From the NCBI GenBank assembly GCA_044892525.1, contig CM097885.1, positions 19,532,001-19,596,000 on the forward strand: a stretch of 64,000 nucleotides of DNA, given 5' to 3'. A model generated the notes under the pieces. It worked only from the letters and a program-made list of their open reading frames with translations, did no database searches and was not told the DNA's origin. Below, in pieces: positions 40,869 to 54,818 of the stretch. The stretch comes from Schmidtea polychroa. Taxonomy: Eukaryota. How positions within the stretch are numbered: the first letter of the stretch is position 1; each line of letters opens with the position of its first letter. The position numbers were made by a program, and so were the translations under genes.

Positions 40869-42946
40869 AAAGTTTTTATTTAATATTTTAAATTTCAAAT
40901 TAATAAAAAATTTACAAAATCGACGTATCTAAATTTTTTCAATAATTTCAATATTGTTACTTTTAATTTATTTTGATTATTGTTTTAATGAAAAAAAAAA
41001 ATAATTGTTTCAATATTTAATATAGGTAAAAGAAAAAATTGTAAATATTATTTGATTTCATATCTATTCTGTAAAAATTCTAATTTTTTCACTGTTTCAA
41101 AATAAAATGAAGAGCATGATAACAATGATTAAAGCTGATATGAATATTTATCTTTAGAATTCAATTTCCCTCTGTTTTTGACAAGCTAAAATTTCATATT
41201 ATTCGGCGTGAAATAACAGTAAAATTCAACTGACTGCAAAAAAAATCTGTTTTTTGGTTTGATATATTATTTCCCAAAAAAAAACAAAATAAAAACTACT
41301 AGTGACTGCATTGGGAAATATCCTACAGCAAATTATTAGCTAAGATCATTATTTTTTAATTTTTTAAAATATTATATTTCATGAATTTTATAATAAATTA
41401 TTCTGATAAATTTATTTTGATTTTAATTTTCTTAATTTATCTTTTAATCATCATCATCATTATTTTTATTATTATTTTAAATCTCAATGAGTAAATTCTA
41501 TTTTTTAATTATCATATATGAGAGTTTTTAATGGAATACAATCGACAAGTTGTCTGCTTTCAAAATGTATTATTTTTTTGCAAATTTATAATATAAAATT
41601 TATGTTTAAATTAAATATTTATATAAGAATTTTTTTTAATTTATTAAGCAGTTATTCTAATTTAATTTTTAATTAATTTAATATATTTAATTATTGGCGC
41701 TTTTTTTCATTTTTAAACATATAGTATTATATTTAGAGATTTCCATGATAAAGCATAGAATTAAATATAACAATTAGAAATTAGATGAATATGTGTTGAT
41801 CAAATAAATTTATTATATTTTTTATATTTAAAATAATTTTTATAAAATAAAGATTTTTATTATTTTATTTTTAAATCAAATTTTTGTTTAATTAAAAATA
41901 TTTAACAAATTCTGAAAATATTAAGTTTTGAATACAAAATTAATACAAAATAACCTTTGTACAAAACTTTAAAAGATTACGTATGATTTGCAAAAAAATC
42001 AAAATTTCCTAAATCTCGTATAAAAAAATAATTTTCAATAAAAAAATATTTTCAAATTAAATGTAAATTATTGTATAATAAATGAAAAAACAACGTTTTT
42101 AAAATTTGGGACATTTAACAAGAAATGTAATAATTTAGGAAACCGTATCATTTTAAACAATTTCGATAGTAAATTGTAAATTTTGTTTATTTAAAACCAA
42201 TATCAAAATAACTTTAGCCAATGTTCTTAATTATTAAAACATTTTAGATAATTATTTCATGTGAACATTTTTAAATTTGAACTTTTTGCGATTGTATTTT
42301 TTTTAACTTATGCATTTTTTAAGTTTATGTTTGTAACACAATAATATAGTTTCATTTTACACAAAATTTATATTGATGACATGTTAAACTATGGCAATTA
42401 GTTTTGCATTTTTCTCCTTGAATTGTTTGGTTCGTATATATCAAATGACCTTTGCTCTTTATGTCTTCACAATAGCGTATTTTTGTAGCTTTTTCATAAG
42501 TAGTTCTTTTTAATCTTTGGATAATAGTTTTGAAGACGCTCCATAAGAAATTGGTGAGAATTTATTTTCCAAGCCACACTCTGGGAATAAATGTTTCTGT
42601 TAACATCATCTTCAAAAAATAGAAAAGTTTGACTTTGTCAAGTGCAAATATTTATCTTAGAAATCTTTATCCAACATAAAATTTGTAAGTAAAGATTTTT
42701 ATGTAAATTTTCAAGAACAAAATTTTCAAGTCATTTTATCAATTGAAATTTTTTGACATTTAAAAATATGTTTTATCTTGAGTCGAGAGCAGAAATGTCC
42801 TTAGATTTCCTTGTTACAAATAATGATTACTTCATAATGTCCATTCTTGGTTGAGTAATTTTGGTTTATAAAAATATATTTCTAAAATTTTAATTTAAAT
42901 ATTGGTGATAAATTTAAATTAATAATAAAAATTTGGATGAATTTAA

Positions 42947-43102
<156 letters not shown>

Positions 43103-43738
43103 TTTAAAATCATAACAGAAAATAACTTTTTAGAGATCGAATAAAAGAGAATTATATTGACAGGGAACAAATTGATAAACAGTATAATAAAATATTTATG
43201 TTTAATTATGGTTAAAAATAAATATAAATTTCTAATAAACATAAATTTAATCGTAAAACTTATATTTGTTCATTAATACGATTGATTTTAAACTTTAAAA
43301 ATTATTCCTGGGATATATTTCTGTACAGGGGTTCTGAAAGAATGAAATTGGAATCTTAATGTTCTATATATCAAATTCTATATAATTATAGTATAATAGT
43401 GTTTTATCATTATTAGAAAGAGTTATTTAAAATGTCCTGTTAAATTAAAAATTATCTTAAAATAAATGTGGAGAAATTAAAAGTATTTCTTTTAAATAAA
43501 AAAGTCTTCATAATCTCATAAAATAGTAAAAGTAGTTGAATATTTATACTTATAAGATTGTAAAGACAAAAATCGGATTAAATTCTACAGAAATAATAAA
43601 CGAAATAAATTTAATAGTCTACAAATTAACAGATGAATATAGGTAATATTTAGAGTTAAATGTAAAAATTATATATTATACAGAAATAATGATATTAAAA
43701 TAAATTCGTTTTATTACAAACTAAAAATAATAATTTTA

Positions 43739-43747
43739 TTATTATTA

Positions 43748-43812
<65 letters not shown>

Positions 43813-43840
43813 GTTATTATTATTATTATTTTTATTATTA
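43739..43840. repeat. (ATT)n microsatellite
   Basis: Directly visible. Confidence 0.95.
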
Positions 43841-44080
43841 CTTAATATTATAATTGATATTATTTTTGTCATCATTAGTATTTGATTTAACAGGTAATTG
43901 ATAAGATAAGCCTTTGCTGCAAAGTATGTATTAGATAAGAAAATTTTCGAATATAAGATAATCGTTTAAAAATCGAATATTTTCTCTTTTAATACATATT
44001 TTTCAGCAAAAAGATTATTTTATCATTTACTTGTTTAACATTAATTTGATCTGCTACCACAAGAAGCCCCAATTTTATAA

Positions 44081-44147
<67 letters not shown>

Positions 44148-45391
44148 TTTTTAATTATTATTATTAATTGAAGTCATATTTATATCGAAAACGTTAATTA
44201 TATTGAAAAGAAAAATATAAATTATTTCCTACTTATTTTGTTTTGGTATAATTTTCCATGCAATCCATTTCTAAATAGATGGTAAATTTTCTTAAAATTT
44301 CTGAAATAATTTATTTGTATTTGATTGAGAAAATCTAAAATATATCTTTCATGTAATTGGAGAATAATTTATCCAAGTTGTTTATTGAGTAACCAGTAAA
44401 ATGAACAGAAATTACAGAAAGTATTATTCGTAATGCTCTTAAATTTTTAAAAGTTTTCTATGAATAATTCATAAACTAAGATTGATTGACTGACACTTGA
44501 TAATAAGCTGCAATGATTGTCCATAAACCTGCTATTGGTCTAAAAGATTATCACTAACAAACGTTTGTTTAAATTGACGATGAAAAAGAAAATTAAATGT
44601 TTTACTAATAGATATTTACTTTTAATTAAGTTTATTTATTTAGATTGTAAGAAACTCTTCAAACTTGAAGGTTATAGATTTTCTCAGGAGGCCATAACTT
44701 AAAGATAAGTTAAAGATAAATTATTATACAATAAAATGACATTTATTATTAAAATAATAACTTTTTTATTTCCGTAAGAAATCGTGTAAGTTCATACTAA
44801 ATTGAGTTTGAAACTAAAAAATAAGTCCAACAATAAAAAATGTGTGTCCAAGCACTTAAGGGATAAAGCTGTATTTGTGAATTATATATTATAATATTTA
44901 TTCCAAGTATGTTTACATTTTTGAATTGAATTTGTGCGATATGCTTGGCACCCAGTTTGCTACGCTATTGGAATGACAGAGAATAAAGCTAAAATAATTA
45001 TAAATATTTGGTTTCTATAGGACCCAGTAAGACAAAAAATTATTTTTCAAGTCCTAATAGGTTTAAAATTATATAAAACAAAACCTTCAAGTTGTCTTTA
45101 CCAATGATTGCCAGTCGTTCCAATTGTTCCTCATATTTAAAATTCATATTTTCAGAATTCTTACTTTCGTTCAATTTTCTTGAGTTAAATGCATTTTTGA
45201 TATTGCGAGCCACTTATACAATAAAATCTTTCAAACTGACTTTTTTTTTGATTTTGGTCACATAATAAAAAACCTAAACAATACAAAAGCAAGACTTGTA
45301 AAAAATGATAAATGACATATTTCCGTTTTATTATAATTAATTTTAATTTTTTATAAGATTATTTACAAATTTTGATAATTATAGTTGAAGA

Positions 45392-45942
45392 CATAGATGT
45401 AAAAACCGTATTTTTCCGTTTTTTATTCTTTTTTCGTTTTTTATTATTATACTTTTTTATAATTCATGTGCGTGAACTACAGAAAGTGGCTATACGTGTT
45501 TTATCGCAAGTGGCATCAGCGTTGGCTTGTGAAAGAAATTTGTTCACTTTTGATTTTATCCACACAAAGAAGAGAAATCGGATGAGCTACGCAAAAGCAC
45601 GAAATGTTGTCTTTGTCCACAGTAATCTTTGATTAATCGATTGATCCAATTGAAGAAACTGTGGAGTGGTCATCCGAAGATGAGGATTAGTTCAAGAACT
45701 GAAATGATTAAATCCTATTTAAAGGAATCAGTGTTATAATAATAAACTTTTCAAGTACAATTTATACCTTTTTCATAACTACGAGTTCAGTTTTAAATTT
45801 CTTTAAATTTGGTAGATAATGACATAATGTTTACAATTTATAGTTTAAGAAGTTTTAAACTATTTTTTAATGTAATTGCACGTTTTTAATTGTTTTTTTC
45901 CGTTTTTTATTTTTGGCAAAAATTATCGTTTTTACATCTATA
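45392..45942 (+). mobile_element. Deleted hAT element retaining a C-terminal dimerisation domain fragment
   Basis: catagatgtaaaaa ... tttttacatctata, TSD gttgaaga on both sides; ELQKVAIRVLSQVASALACERN...HTKKRNR. Confidence 0.88.
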
Positions 45943-46441
45943 GTTGAAGAATTGAAATATAAAGAATTGTATATAAAGACTGCTTTAAAATATTATAAAC
46001 TTGAAGTTTATAATGATAAAATAAATGAATTGGCTGGGACTAGATGAAGAAGTATGATTCAATAGCTATAAAGAAATAATTAAACTCATATTCTTTGCAG
46101 AATTAGTTAGAACATGTAGGAAGTGCACTTAACGTGAACATAATGATTGGAATAAAAATTAATTATTGTATTTTTTATGAATACATTTTATTCAATTTAT
46201 TATAATTTAGTAAATTGATAGTATCATTTAGTAGAGGATGTTGTTGCGAATCGAATGAACTATAAATCTTTGAAATCTGCCGAGAAGGGTTATGAGTAAT
46301 CGAATCAATCTTAATCAAATGAACTATAAATCGGCCGAGAAGATTTCTGTGAAATATAAAAAATGTGGAAGGTCATAAAATGTTTTATAGTAAAGGGGAT
46401 ACTTTCAGTGTATTCATCACGAGGAGGAGTATGCTCTAGGA

Positions 46442-46696
46442 CAGCGACGGTGAACCTATGACCCACGCAACAAATTCAAATGACCCACAAATCGTTTTGT
46501 TTTAAATATAAAATAATAATCATACGAATGAGTTCGAATATATATCTAATTAATGTATAATAAATTAAATTACATTATATTTACATGAATTTTTGTCAAA
46601 TTTTTAATAATTAAAATAATACTTGACCCGTTGGTTGATATTTCCAAAAAATAAATTCAATTGTGATCCTCTTGTCAAAATGTTTTGCCATCGCGG
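46442..46696. mobile_element. hAT-type MITE
   Basis: cagcgacggtgaac ... gttttgccatcgcgg, TSD ctctagga/ttctagga. Confidence 0.7.
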
Positions 46697-48763
46697 TTCT
46701 AGGAAGTGGGCAGTATTTTCCTTTTGGTGTTAATGGCTCACAACATACTACTCGTATCATAGAAATTGTTCAGTTAATTGAAATATTTTGAAATTTTGAT
46801 GTAGTTGCCATCGCGCTTAAATGTAAAAGTTAAAACTATTTCTTTGTAAGAAAATAAATTCACTACGAACTGGTTGTTAAAATTTTTGGAAAGCAACACT
46901 GGATGTAACGTACAAATTTGTTCTGTGTAAGTTCATTTTAGTCGGTTGGATGTGTTTAGATAAAGATTTATTTTTGAAGTCATTTTTGTCTTGAAAATTA
47001 AAAAATGTGAAAAAATTGTTCTCAGTAATTTACCATTTTGGTAAATAATATTAATGTAATTTATTAATTAATTTAATTATTATATTAATTCAAATAGAAA
47101 ATTTACCAAAATATAATTAAATTTAAATTTGCATTTAATGCTTAAATTAAATGTCAAAGTGAAAATATTATTGAGGAAAAAAATGAAGTTTGAGATCTTG
47201 GTTCGTTTATCTAATTTAAATTAAATATTAATAAAATACTTAAAGATAGAAAAATCCTTTATTTTTTGTTCATAATATTTTATTTGTTTTAATTATGAAA
47301 ATAGATAAAAAAATAATTTTCTCATACAAAACAATTTTTTAGCACAGTCTTTTTTAATAACACTTGATAAATGCAGTGAGAAATATTCGCGCTACTTTTA
47401 AAAATTCATTTTTTATCTATAGTCATAATGAAAATAAATGAAATTCTTAAAGAGAAACACATTATTAGAAAATATTTGATGCTGTGAACAAATAGTTTCC
47501 ATAGATTCCGGTTGTAACGTGCCGGTCCTATATAGCTTCTTTAGCGTTGCAAATCTGAGAATATTTTATAAAATCCGTTAACTTATATCTAAATGTCTTT
47601 ATTTATTTATTTAAAGCACCTTAAGTAACACTAAATACTTTAACTTCTAACTGTTTGAATCCTTGTCCAAAGCGCCAAATCTGCTCAACAATACCACTGA
47701 ATGGAGTAATTTTCAATTAAATTTAGGAACTGAAGTCCTCATAACCGCTGATCATCACAAGTCCATTTATGTTTTATAAGTGCAATTAAACAATTTTTAA
47801 TTATAAATATTATTTATTTATTAATATTTTTTTAATTTATTTTTACTATTATCAATTTCAAAGGAATTTTTTAATTTCTCTTCCCTACTCAAATTTATTT
47901 TGTCTGATTCTCTAATTTATTTTGTCTATCAAATTAGATGTAATTATGCTCTTTGCCAAAAATGGAATAAATTACGACGGAACTTTTCGTTGACATTTCA
48001 ATCAAACATTTATCAATCAGAACCAAATATGAATATTTTCTTTTCTTATTTATTTCATATTTTTTCGGTAAATTTTTAGTTATTTAATCAAATAGTTTAA
48101 TAATTACTTAAACTTGATTTAAAAAGATTAATAATTTTAATAATTAAATAAATAATAAATTTTTTTTATTTTTGTTTTAAATAACTAATCTTATTTTCAC
48201 ATGATGTTTATATTTACAGGCACCGAATAATCGATTTGTGATAGATTTATAAACAAATGGAATAATAAATAATGATTTTATTGAATTAAATTGTAAATCA
48301 AATTGATTCACAGATGTTATGTTTGAAATTATAATAAAAAAATCGAAATGATTTAAAATAATATTGTTTTAATTGAGTAATGATTAAAGAATATTTTTAA
48401 GAACTCATTCATTGACTTGGTTTATAAGAGTATATCAACAAGGTCTTAGATATACGTACTTATTGAAAGTAATGTCTATTTTAATCTTTAAAATAAAACA
48501 AATTGGAAGTTTCAAATTGTTACATTGGTCTAAGTGATTAAATATAAGAAGAACCTCAATAATATAAAAAGGTTAACTAATAATAAATGTGTGTGTGTGT
48601 CATTAAAAAATTACAATTACCACCTATAGTATAAAAAATCAATAAATTATATTATAAAAAACATATAACTGTCCGTGGAAAATTCATCAGCAGTTACACC
48701 TGTCAATTTATTAAAAGTAAAACAAATAATGAAATATACAAATACGATGTAAGTAGAAGGTAG

Positions 48764-49104
48764 TGTGCCCGCTAGATCACATCCCCCTCCCGGCCGGAAA
48801 AATTTAAAAAAAAAATTTTTCAAGGTCAAATTTTAAACAAAGACATATGACTCATCAAGGTCATTGATGCAAAGACCATGACTCATCAAGCTCATTCTCA
48901 AGGTCATATGACTCGTCCAAGGTCATTCTCAAGGTCGTATGACTCATCCAAGGTCATTCTCAGGGTCGTTTGACTCATCCAAGGTCATTCTCAGGGTCGT
49001 ATGACTCATCCAAGGTCATTCTCAAGGTCATATTATTATTTTTTTTAAATATTATTATTTTATTATTATTTTTCAAAATATTATTATTTGATCTAGCGGG
49101 CACA
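48764..49104. repeat. 16-bp inverted repeat enclosing a ~30-bp tandem array
   Basis: tgtgcccgctagatca (48764-48779) / tgatctagcgggcaca (49089-49104); unit tgactcatccaaggtcattctcaaggtcgta at ~48848-49030. Confidence 0.85.
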
Positions 49105-50717
49105 TGGTTTTGGTGATGCAACAAGTTAGTGTTCCCATCAATTTATTTCATTGATCGATAGCTTATTTTGAAGCTTAGTGCAAGACCTTTCGAATGAGCT
49201 ATATGGTCCGTTAAATATCATCACCATTAATATTGACAAGGTTATTAACATTTTCCCAAGACCATTTTCAAGGTCATTTGACTATTTTATTATTATTTTT
49301 AAAAGTATTATATTTTCAAGGTCATTTTTTCAAGGTCAATTTTTTTCAAGGTCATATTTTTTTTCAAGGTCATTTTTTTTCAAGGTCCTATTTTAATTAA
49401 TTGGGATTGATATCAAAGGTTATTTCTTTAAATTATTTTATTTAAGAAGTTATTTTATTCATTGTGGGGATATCAGTGAAGAAAATTTATTATTTTAATT
49501 AGATTTCTAGAAATTGAATCGGTTGAATATTAAGGGTAAAATCTATTGAAAGAATATTGTTATCGGATGGATAAATCTTTCAATGATATTTTGCTAAATT
49601 ACCTTTGCTAAATATTATTTTAAATGACTAAAAATGAGAAAATTAAGCAATATTCATAAATTAATCGCACACAATATCCATGTTTTGGAAAAAATTACTC
49701 AAAAATCCCTATTTAAAAATGTTAACCTATACGACCATGTATTTCTCACGAAGTTATATTAACTATTGTAATGAACACTAGATGAATAAATTATCAATGA
49801 AATGCTAAATATGCATATCTTACTTTTTGCTAAATATTATTTTAAATAACTAAACATGACAAAGTTAACCAATAAATTAGTCGCTCGAAATAAGAATTCG
49901 GTAAGTTATATTCAAATTATTCACGAATTTCTGATATCTATGATCATCCATTTCTCACTAAATTACCTAAGAACTTTTAAATAATATACATATGCCTTAA
50001 TTAATATACCCTTGCGATATGTTGAATGTGAGCAGTACCCTTACGACAAATACACATAGGGGGACAGAATATTTTGTCGGATAAATTCAAACTATATATA
50101 AAAACTTACAATATGCTACGGTTTTTATTGATTAATTTGTTGTATATTGCATTGATACAATCAATGGACAGAAGAAAAGCATCATTTAGTCATTATGATT
50201 TATAATAATTGTAAATATAATTGTATATATAATTTTAAATTTCCATATATAACACTATTTAAAAAATTAATACAAATATTAAAACAAAATGAATTAATAA
50301 TGAATATGTTTTAATCAAAAAGTATTACAATAAAACAATAAATTTATAAAAACAAATTAAAACATTTATTTACGAAACAATAATTACCAATACTACTGTA
50401 ACACATAATGTCAACTTTAAAATATTGGTTAGGGTTTCTTCAGCTTTTCCAGCATCTTCATGGTTCTTGCGAAGATCTGATTTCCCGTTTTGATGAACTC
50501 CTGGGTATATTTCATTATGAATAATCTAAAATTAATATCATATATTATAAATACCATTCATCATATCATCAACATTTGGTAGTTGCGCCCAATATATTTA
50601 ATTATCAAGATGATTTCATATCATTCAATGTTTGAAAATTTTCTACATTATAGTACCGTCATTATGTATGGTAATAATTCATATGACTTTGATATTGTAT
50701 TGATTTGTATTGAGAAC

Positions 50718-50987
50718 TTACATGTATATAGTATGATATTCATTAATCAGTGTTGAACAGGCTTGACAATTGTGAACATTCTTCTCGTGACACTTAGAAC
50801 AAACAATTACGTGACCACACGGTAAATACAAAACCGAAACTTGATTTTCTTTACAGATCGAACAAGTTAAATACATTTTCTTAACATCGTTCAGTTTTTC
50901 CGTTAACTTATTTTCAATCAAATCAGCTTTTGCTATCCATTCATAAATCAATCTACTATATCCCGGTTTCAACCTTAATTTCATCAA
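50718..50987 (-). CDS. Small protein with an IAP-type C-terminal RING finger (no BIR domain seen)
   Basis: CSICKENQVSVLYLPCGHVIVCSKC......CQACS C3HC4 pattern at the extreme C-terminus. Confidence 0.7.
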   Translation of the reverse strand: MMKLRLKPGYSRLIYEWIAKADLIENKLTEKLNDVKKMYLTCSICKENQVSVLYLPCGHVIVCSKCHEKNVHNCQACSTLINEYHTIYM

Positions 50988-51372
50988 TTATCATGATTAT
51001 TTATAAAATCTTCAACTGTGTTGTTAAAAAATTTCAATGAACGCTTATCTTCAGAATAGGATGGACTTAAAAGAAAAAAGAAATTCGTGAGTTTTAAATG
51101 TTTATTATTAATATAATGTTGTCGCGTCTGTGTATGCACCATCATTTTTGCGTATGTGAGCACAATTACGTTTTTGGTTGTATATGCATTGTTTTTGGTA
51201 TTTTTTATATTCATTTTTGCTTTGTGGTTTTGCGTTATGGCTTTCGTTGGAGGAATTAATTGTTGAGTTATTTTCGAATTCCGTCTTTTAAAAAATAAAT
51301 ATGTTTCTCGTTGGAATTTCTCTTCTTTTTTGAAGATTATTTATTTCATTTCAATATCACAATATCTGATAA

Positions 51373-51750
51373 TATAGCTTCTTTAGTAATTGACAATTGA
51401 TCTGGTATGTGTAAAACTGAATTTGCAGATGATGAAGCTTCAATAGTTATTTTCCCATCTGTTATTGAAAGACATCGTCATCGAGATGTCATAGTTGGAA
51501 TGTGTCAAAAGGATAGTTATGGAGGTAATGAATCTCACTCCAAGAGAGATATTTTGACGTTAAAATATCTCACTAAACATGGTATAGTTAATAACTTGGA
51601 TGATATTAAAAATACCTCACATCGTTCATTTTACAATTAATTTAGAATTTCGTCAGAAGAGCATATAGTTCTATTACTTAGAAGCCCCTTTAAATTCAAA
51701 ACTTAACAGAGAAAAATTTACTCAAACTATATTTGAAACATTCAATGATG
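51373..51750 (+). pseudogene. Actin pseudogene fragment (about residues 5-128)
   Basis: LVIDN*SGMCK...FPSV...GMCQKDSY...KRDILTLKY...HGIV...EAPLN..NREK...FETFN, with stops and a frameshift. Confidence 0.93.
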
Positions 51751-52454
51751 CTGCCGGTTCGGTAAGGTTCGTGCGAACCGTTAGTTCAAAATAATAAATA
51801 TGCCTAAAGATTTTAGGCTAAAAAACATTTTTGGTTAAAATCAAGTACTAAGTTCAAAAAATTAGTAAAAACTTTTTAATTGAAAAAAATGTCCGTTTCT
51901 TAAATTTTTATATAAATTGCATAAATATTATTTTACAGTTTAGCCTTTCGGCAAAAATATATCGAAATTCAGCTCTAAGCAAAAAAGTGAAACTCAGAAC
52001 AACAAGTCACAGGGTAAAAAAGGGTAAAAAAATTAATGAAATATATAAAAGAAATGCACCAATATTTGTTAAAATTATTGTTAAAAAATATTTCACAAAA
52101 TCCTTGATAAAATAGTAAATTAAGGGCAATTGTGTTTATTAATTTTTATATTTTGATATTTGTTTCATTATTTAATAAATTAAAAATAACTTCATAAATT
52201 TTTTATTAATAATTTTGTTATTAAAATCTACATAAATAATTTAAAATGTGAAATTTCCATAATTTCTTATAAAATCTTGACAATAATTTGTTGGTAGCTA
52301 TAACTCAAATTTCTTTGTATTCAACTCCTGCCAACACACAAAATTCAGTTATTAAATAAAAATTTTGACAGGTTAGAAATTTCATAAATATGAATTAGCT
52401 ATTGGTATTGTTTGAAAGACAAGTTTTTGTGCCATTTCATTTTCTATTGACAAT

Positions 52455-52925
52455 TGTGTGCGGACAGTTAATCACTGCAGTATGTTGGCAGCCAAATATA
52501 GATTAACTGCGCGTGCCATTCGTTCCTTCAATTCCCGGTACTTCTTCCTTTGAACGTCCAATATATCTGTCCATTGTTATTTTCACGAAGCTTTATATAT
52601 TTAAAATTTACTCGCATTACCGTCGGACATTCTTTAGTTGACATTCCAAGAGTAAAGCTTTCCATTTTTACACACGCTTTTTTAAAACAAATTAAAATTA
52701 ATCAAACGCTTACTAAATACCATTGATTTAAATCTATAATCGATAATCAATTATTTGTCATTTTTAACTTTTAAAATCATCTAATGCTTTTTAGCTCGTT
52801 AACATAATTATTTATTTGTCATTAAGTGTCGCGTGATTATCTGGCAAGTGATTATCTGTCACTGTGATTAAGTGTCGTTTAAATGTCACTTGATTAAGTG
52901 TCACGTGATTAAATGTCATGGAACC
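52455..52925 (-). mobile_element. MULE-type non-autonomous element, 9-bp TSD ATTGACAAT
   Basis: Direct repeat at 52446-52454 and 52926-52934; subterminal gtgatta..tgtc repeats; FLYWCH-like fragment (FKYIK...GQIYW) on the minus strand. Confidence 0.65.
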
Positions 52926-54818
52926 ATTGACAATATTGCTTGATTTAAGACGTTTATTAATATCTTGATTCTTTTAAGTTTGCTAAAACTACGTTTACAC
53001 GAAGCAAATGTTATTGGGAGGGTTAATAATAAATAATAAGGGTACTCGATAATAAATATTGGCCTTGTTTTATATATAAAAAATTATTGTGTTTTCGAAG
53101 GAACTTTTGATGTTTCCACATCACAAATTATTCCATTCAAACAAATATGTAAAATTAATAACACATTTAGAAAATCAACAAAATATGAAGTTGTTAATAA
53201 GTGTTTACGCTCAAAAATAAATATTAATTTTGTGAATCCATTAAAAATTCTTTTAAAAATGCGTTACGAAACCACTTAAAAATTACAGTTAAAATTTATT
53301 ATTACACTAAAAAATTAAATTAAAAACAATTAAAAAAATATTATCTCTACATTAACGCGATTGACAGACCCTTATTTATTGTCATCTATGCAATTACTTA
53401 TGGCGCTTCTTGTGACAAGTATGTTAACTTTAGCATTAACATAGATTATATTAAATTAATCAGCATTCATATCTGAACAATATTTATACTAAATATAATA
53501 AAATCATGAAATATTATAAACAAACGGACGGAAATTCAATGATTAATTTATTATAATTCAATCAATAATTAATAAATTAAATTAAATTAGGTGAACTAGA
53601 TTAAATCGATGAAATAAATGATAAAATTGAATGTTTTTAGGGTAATTAAAAATTAAAATTTATTTTGATTTTATAATTTCGATAATAAATAATTTTTTTC
53701 ATTTATTTACTTTATGCAGAGACGAAATAAATAAAAATATTTAACATTTATTGAATGTTTTTCATTTTGCTTTCCTAAGATTTATAAGATTAGATCAATA
53801 AATTCATATCATACACAAATTTTGATTATTAGTTAATGATAGTCTTATTAATTAAATATAAATAAATCTTTTATATTTTAAATTAATTAAGCAGAATTCA
53901 ACCTACTTAGACTTGTTTGCTTTATAAAGGTTTCGGTAGCAAAAATCTTACGACTACTCTAGCTCCATGTGGTTTCTCATTTAACAACTTAGATTCAAAA
54001 CTCTTGAAACTCAATTTATAAAAAAAATTTGAAATCCTCTCATTCAAAGACCACACAAAGGTAGAATTCGTTACAAGCATTATTTCTATTTACAGATTAT
54101 ACAATTAGGCAAATCTTCCTAAATGAGAATGTCAAAATTTGACAGTTTATGTTTTTTTATTTCAATGGTTCTCTTTTTTATCATTATTGAACACTTTCTA
54201 TGCACAACGCGCTTGCCTTCAATCAAAATGGAAATCTATATCTATATTTATCAAATATGTTGTATACACCTAATTCCGAAATTGAACATTGTCTATAGTA
54301 TACGTTGGTGTGCACACCAGTTGAGGTGACTCACAATTTATGTGACAATGATTACTTAACTTCATTTTTTCAATTTTTAAAAATCGTTTTCAGGTATGTT
54401 TTTGAATTTTAAGTAACTTTTAAGACTTAAATTTTGATTTTATATAATTATGAGATCATTATTGAAGCTTTTAAATATTACTTTTAGTCAGCATTTATAA
54501 TATAAATTATTTTTAATTAAATTTCAGGTGTTTTTTAGGAATTTTATGAAATTAATTGAAATTATTTCGATAAAATGTAAGTCAAATATATTTTTAACTA
54601 TAAACAAATAAAGTAATCACCGAAGATATTAATTTTTTTAATACAAATGGGAAAGAATAAAATGGATAAAATAGTTTTTTAAATTTAAACCGAATTTTGT
54701 CTGTAGTTCTGTGAAAATATTAATTCCTTTTTAAGTTAACGTTTCGTATTTTAATGAATAAATCTTACATTGCCAAATCTTCACCTTGGCAAAAAGGTAG
54801 CGTTTTCACTGAAATATC

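Noticed and set aside
48848..49030. CRISPR-like ~30-bp periodicity
   Set aside because: Contiguous tandem units with no unique spacers and no cas genes, in a eukaryotic context.
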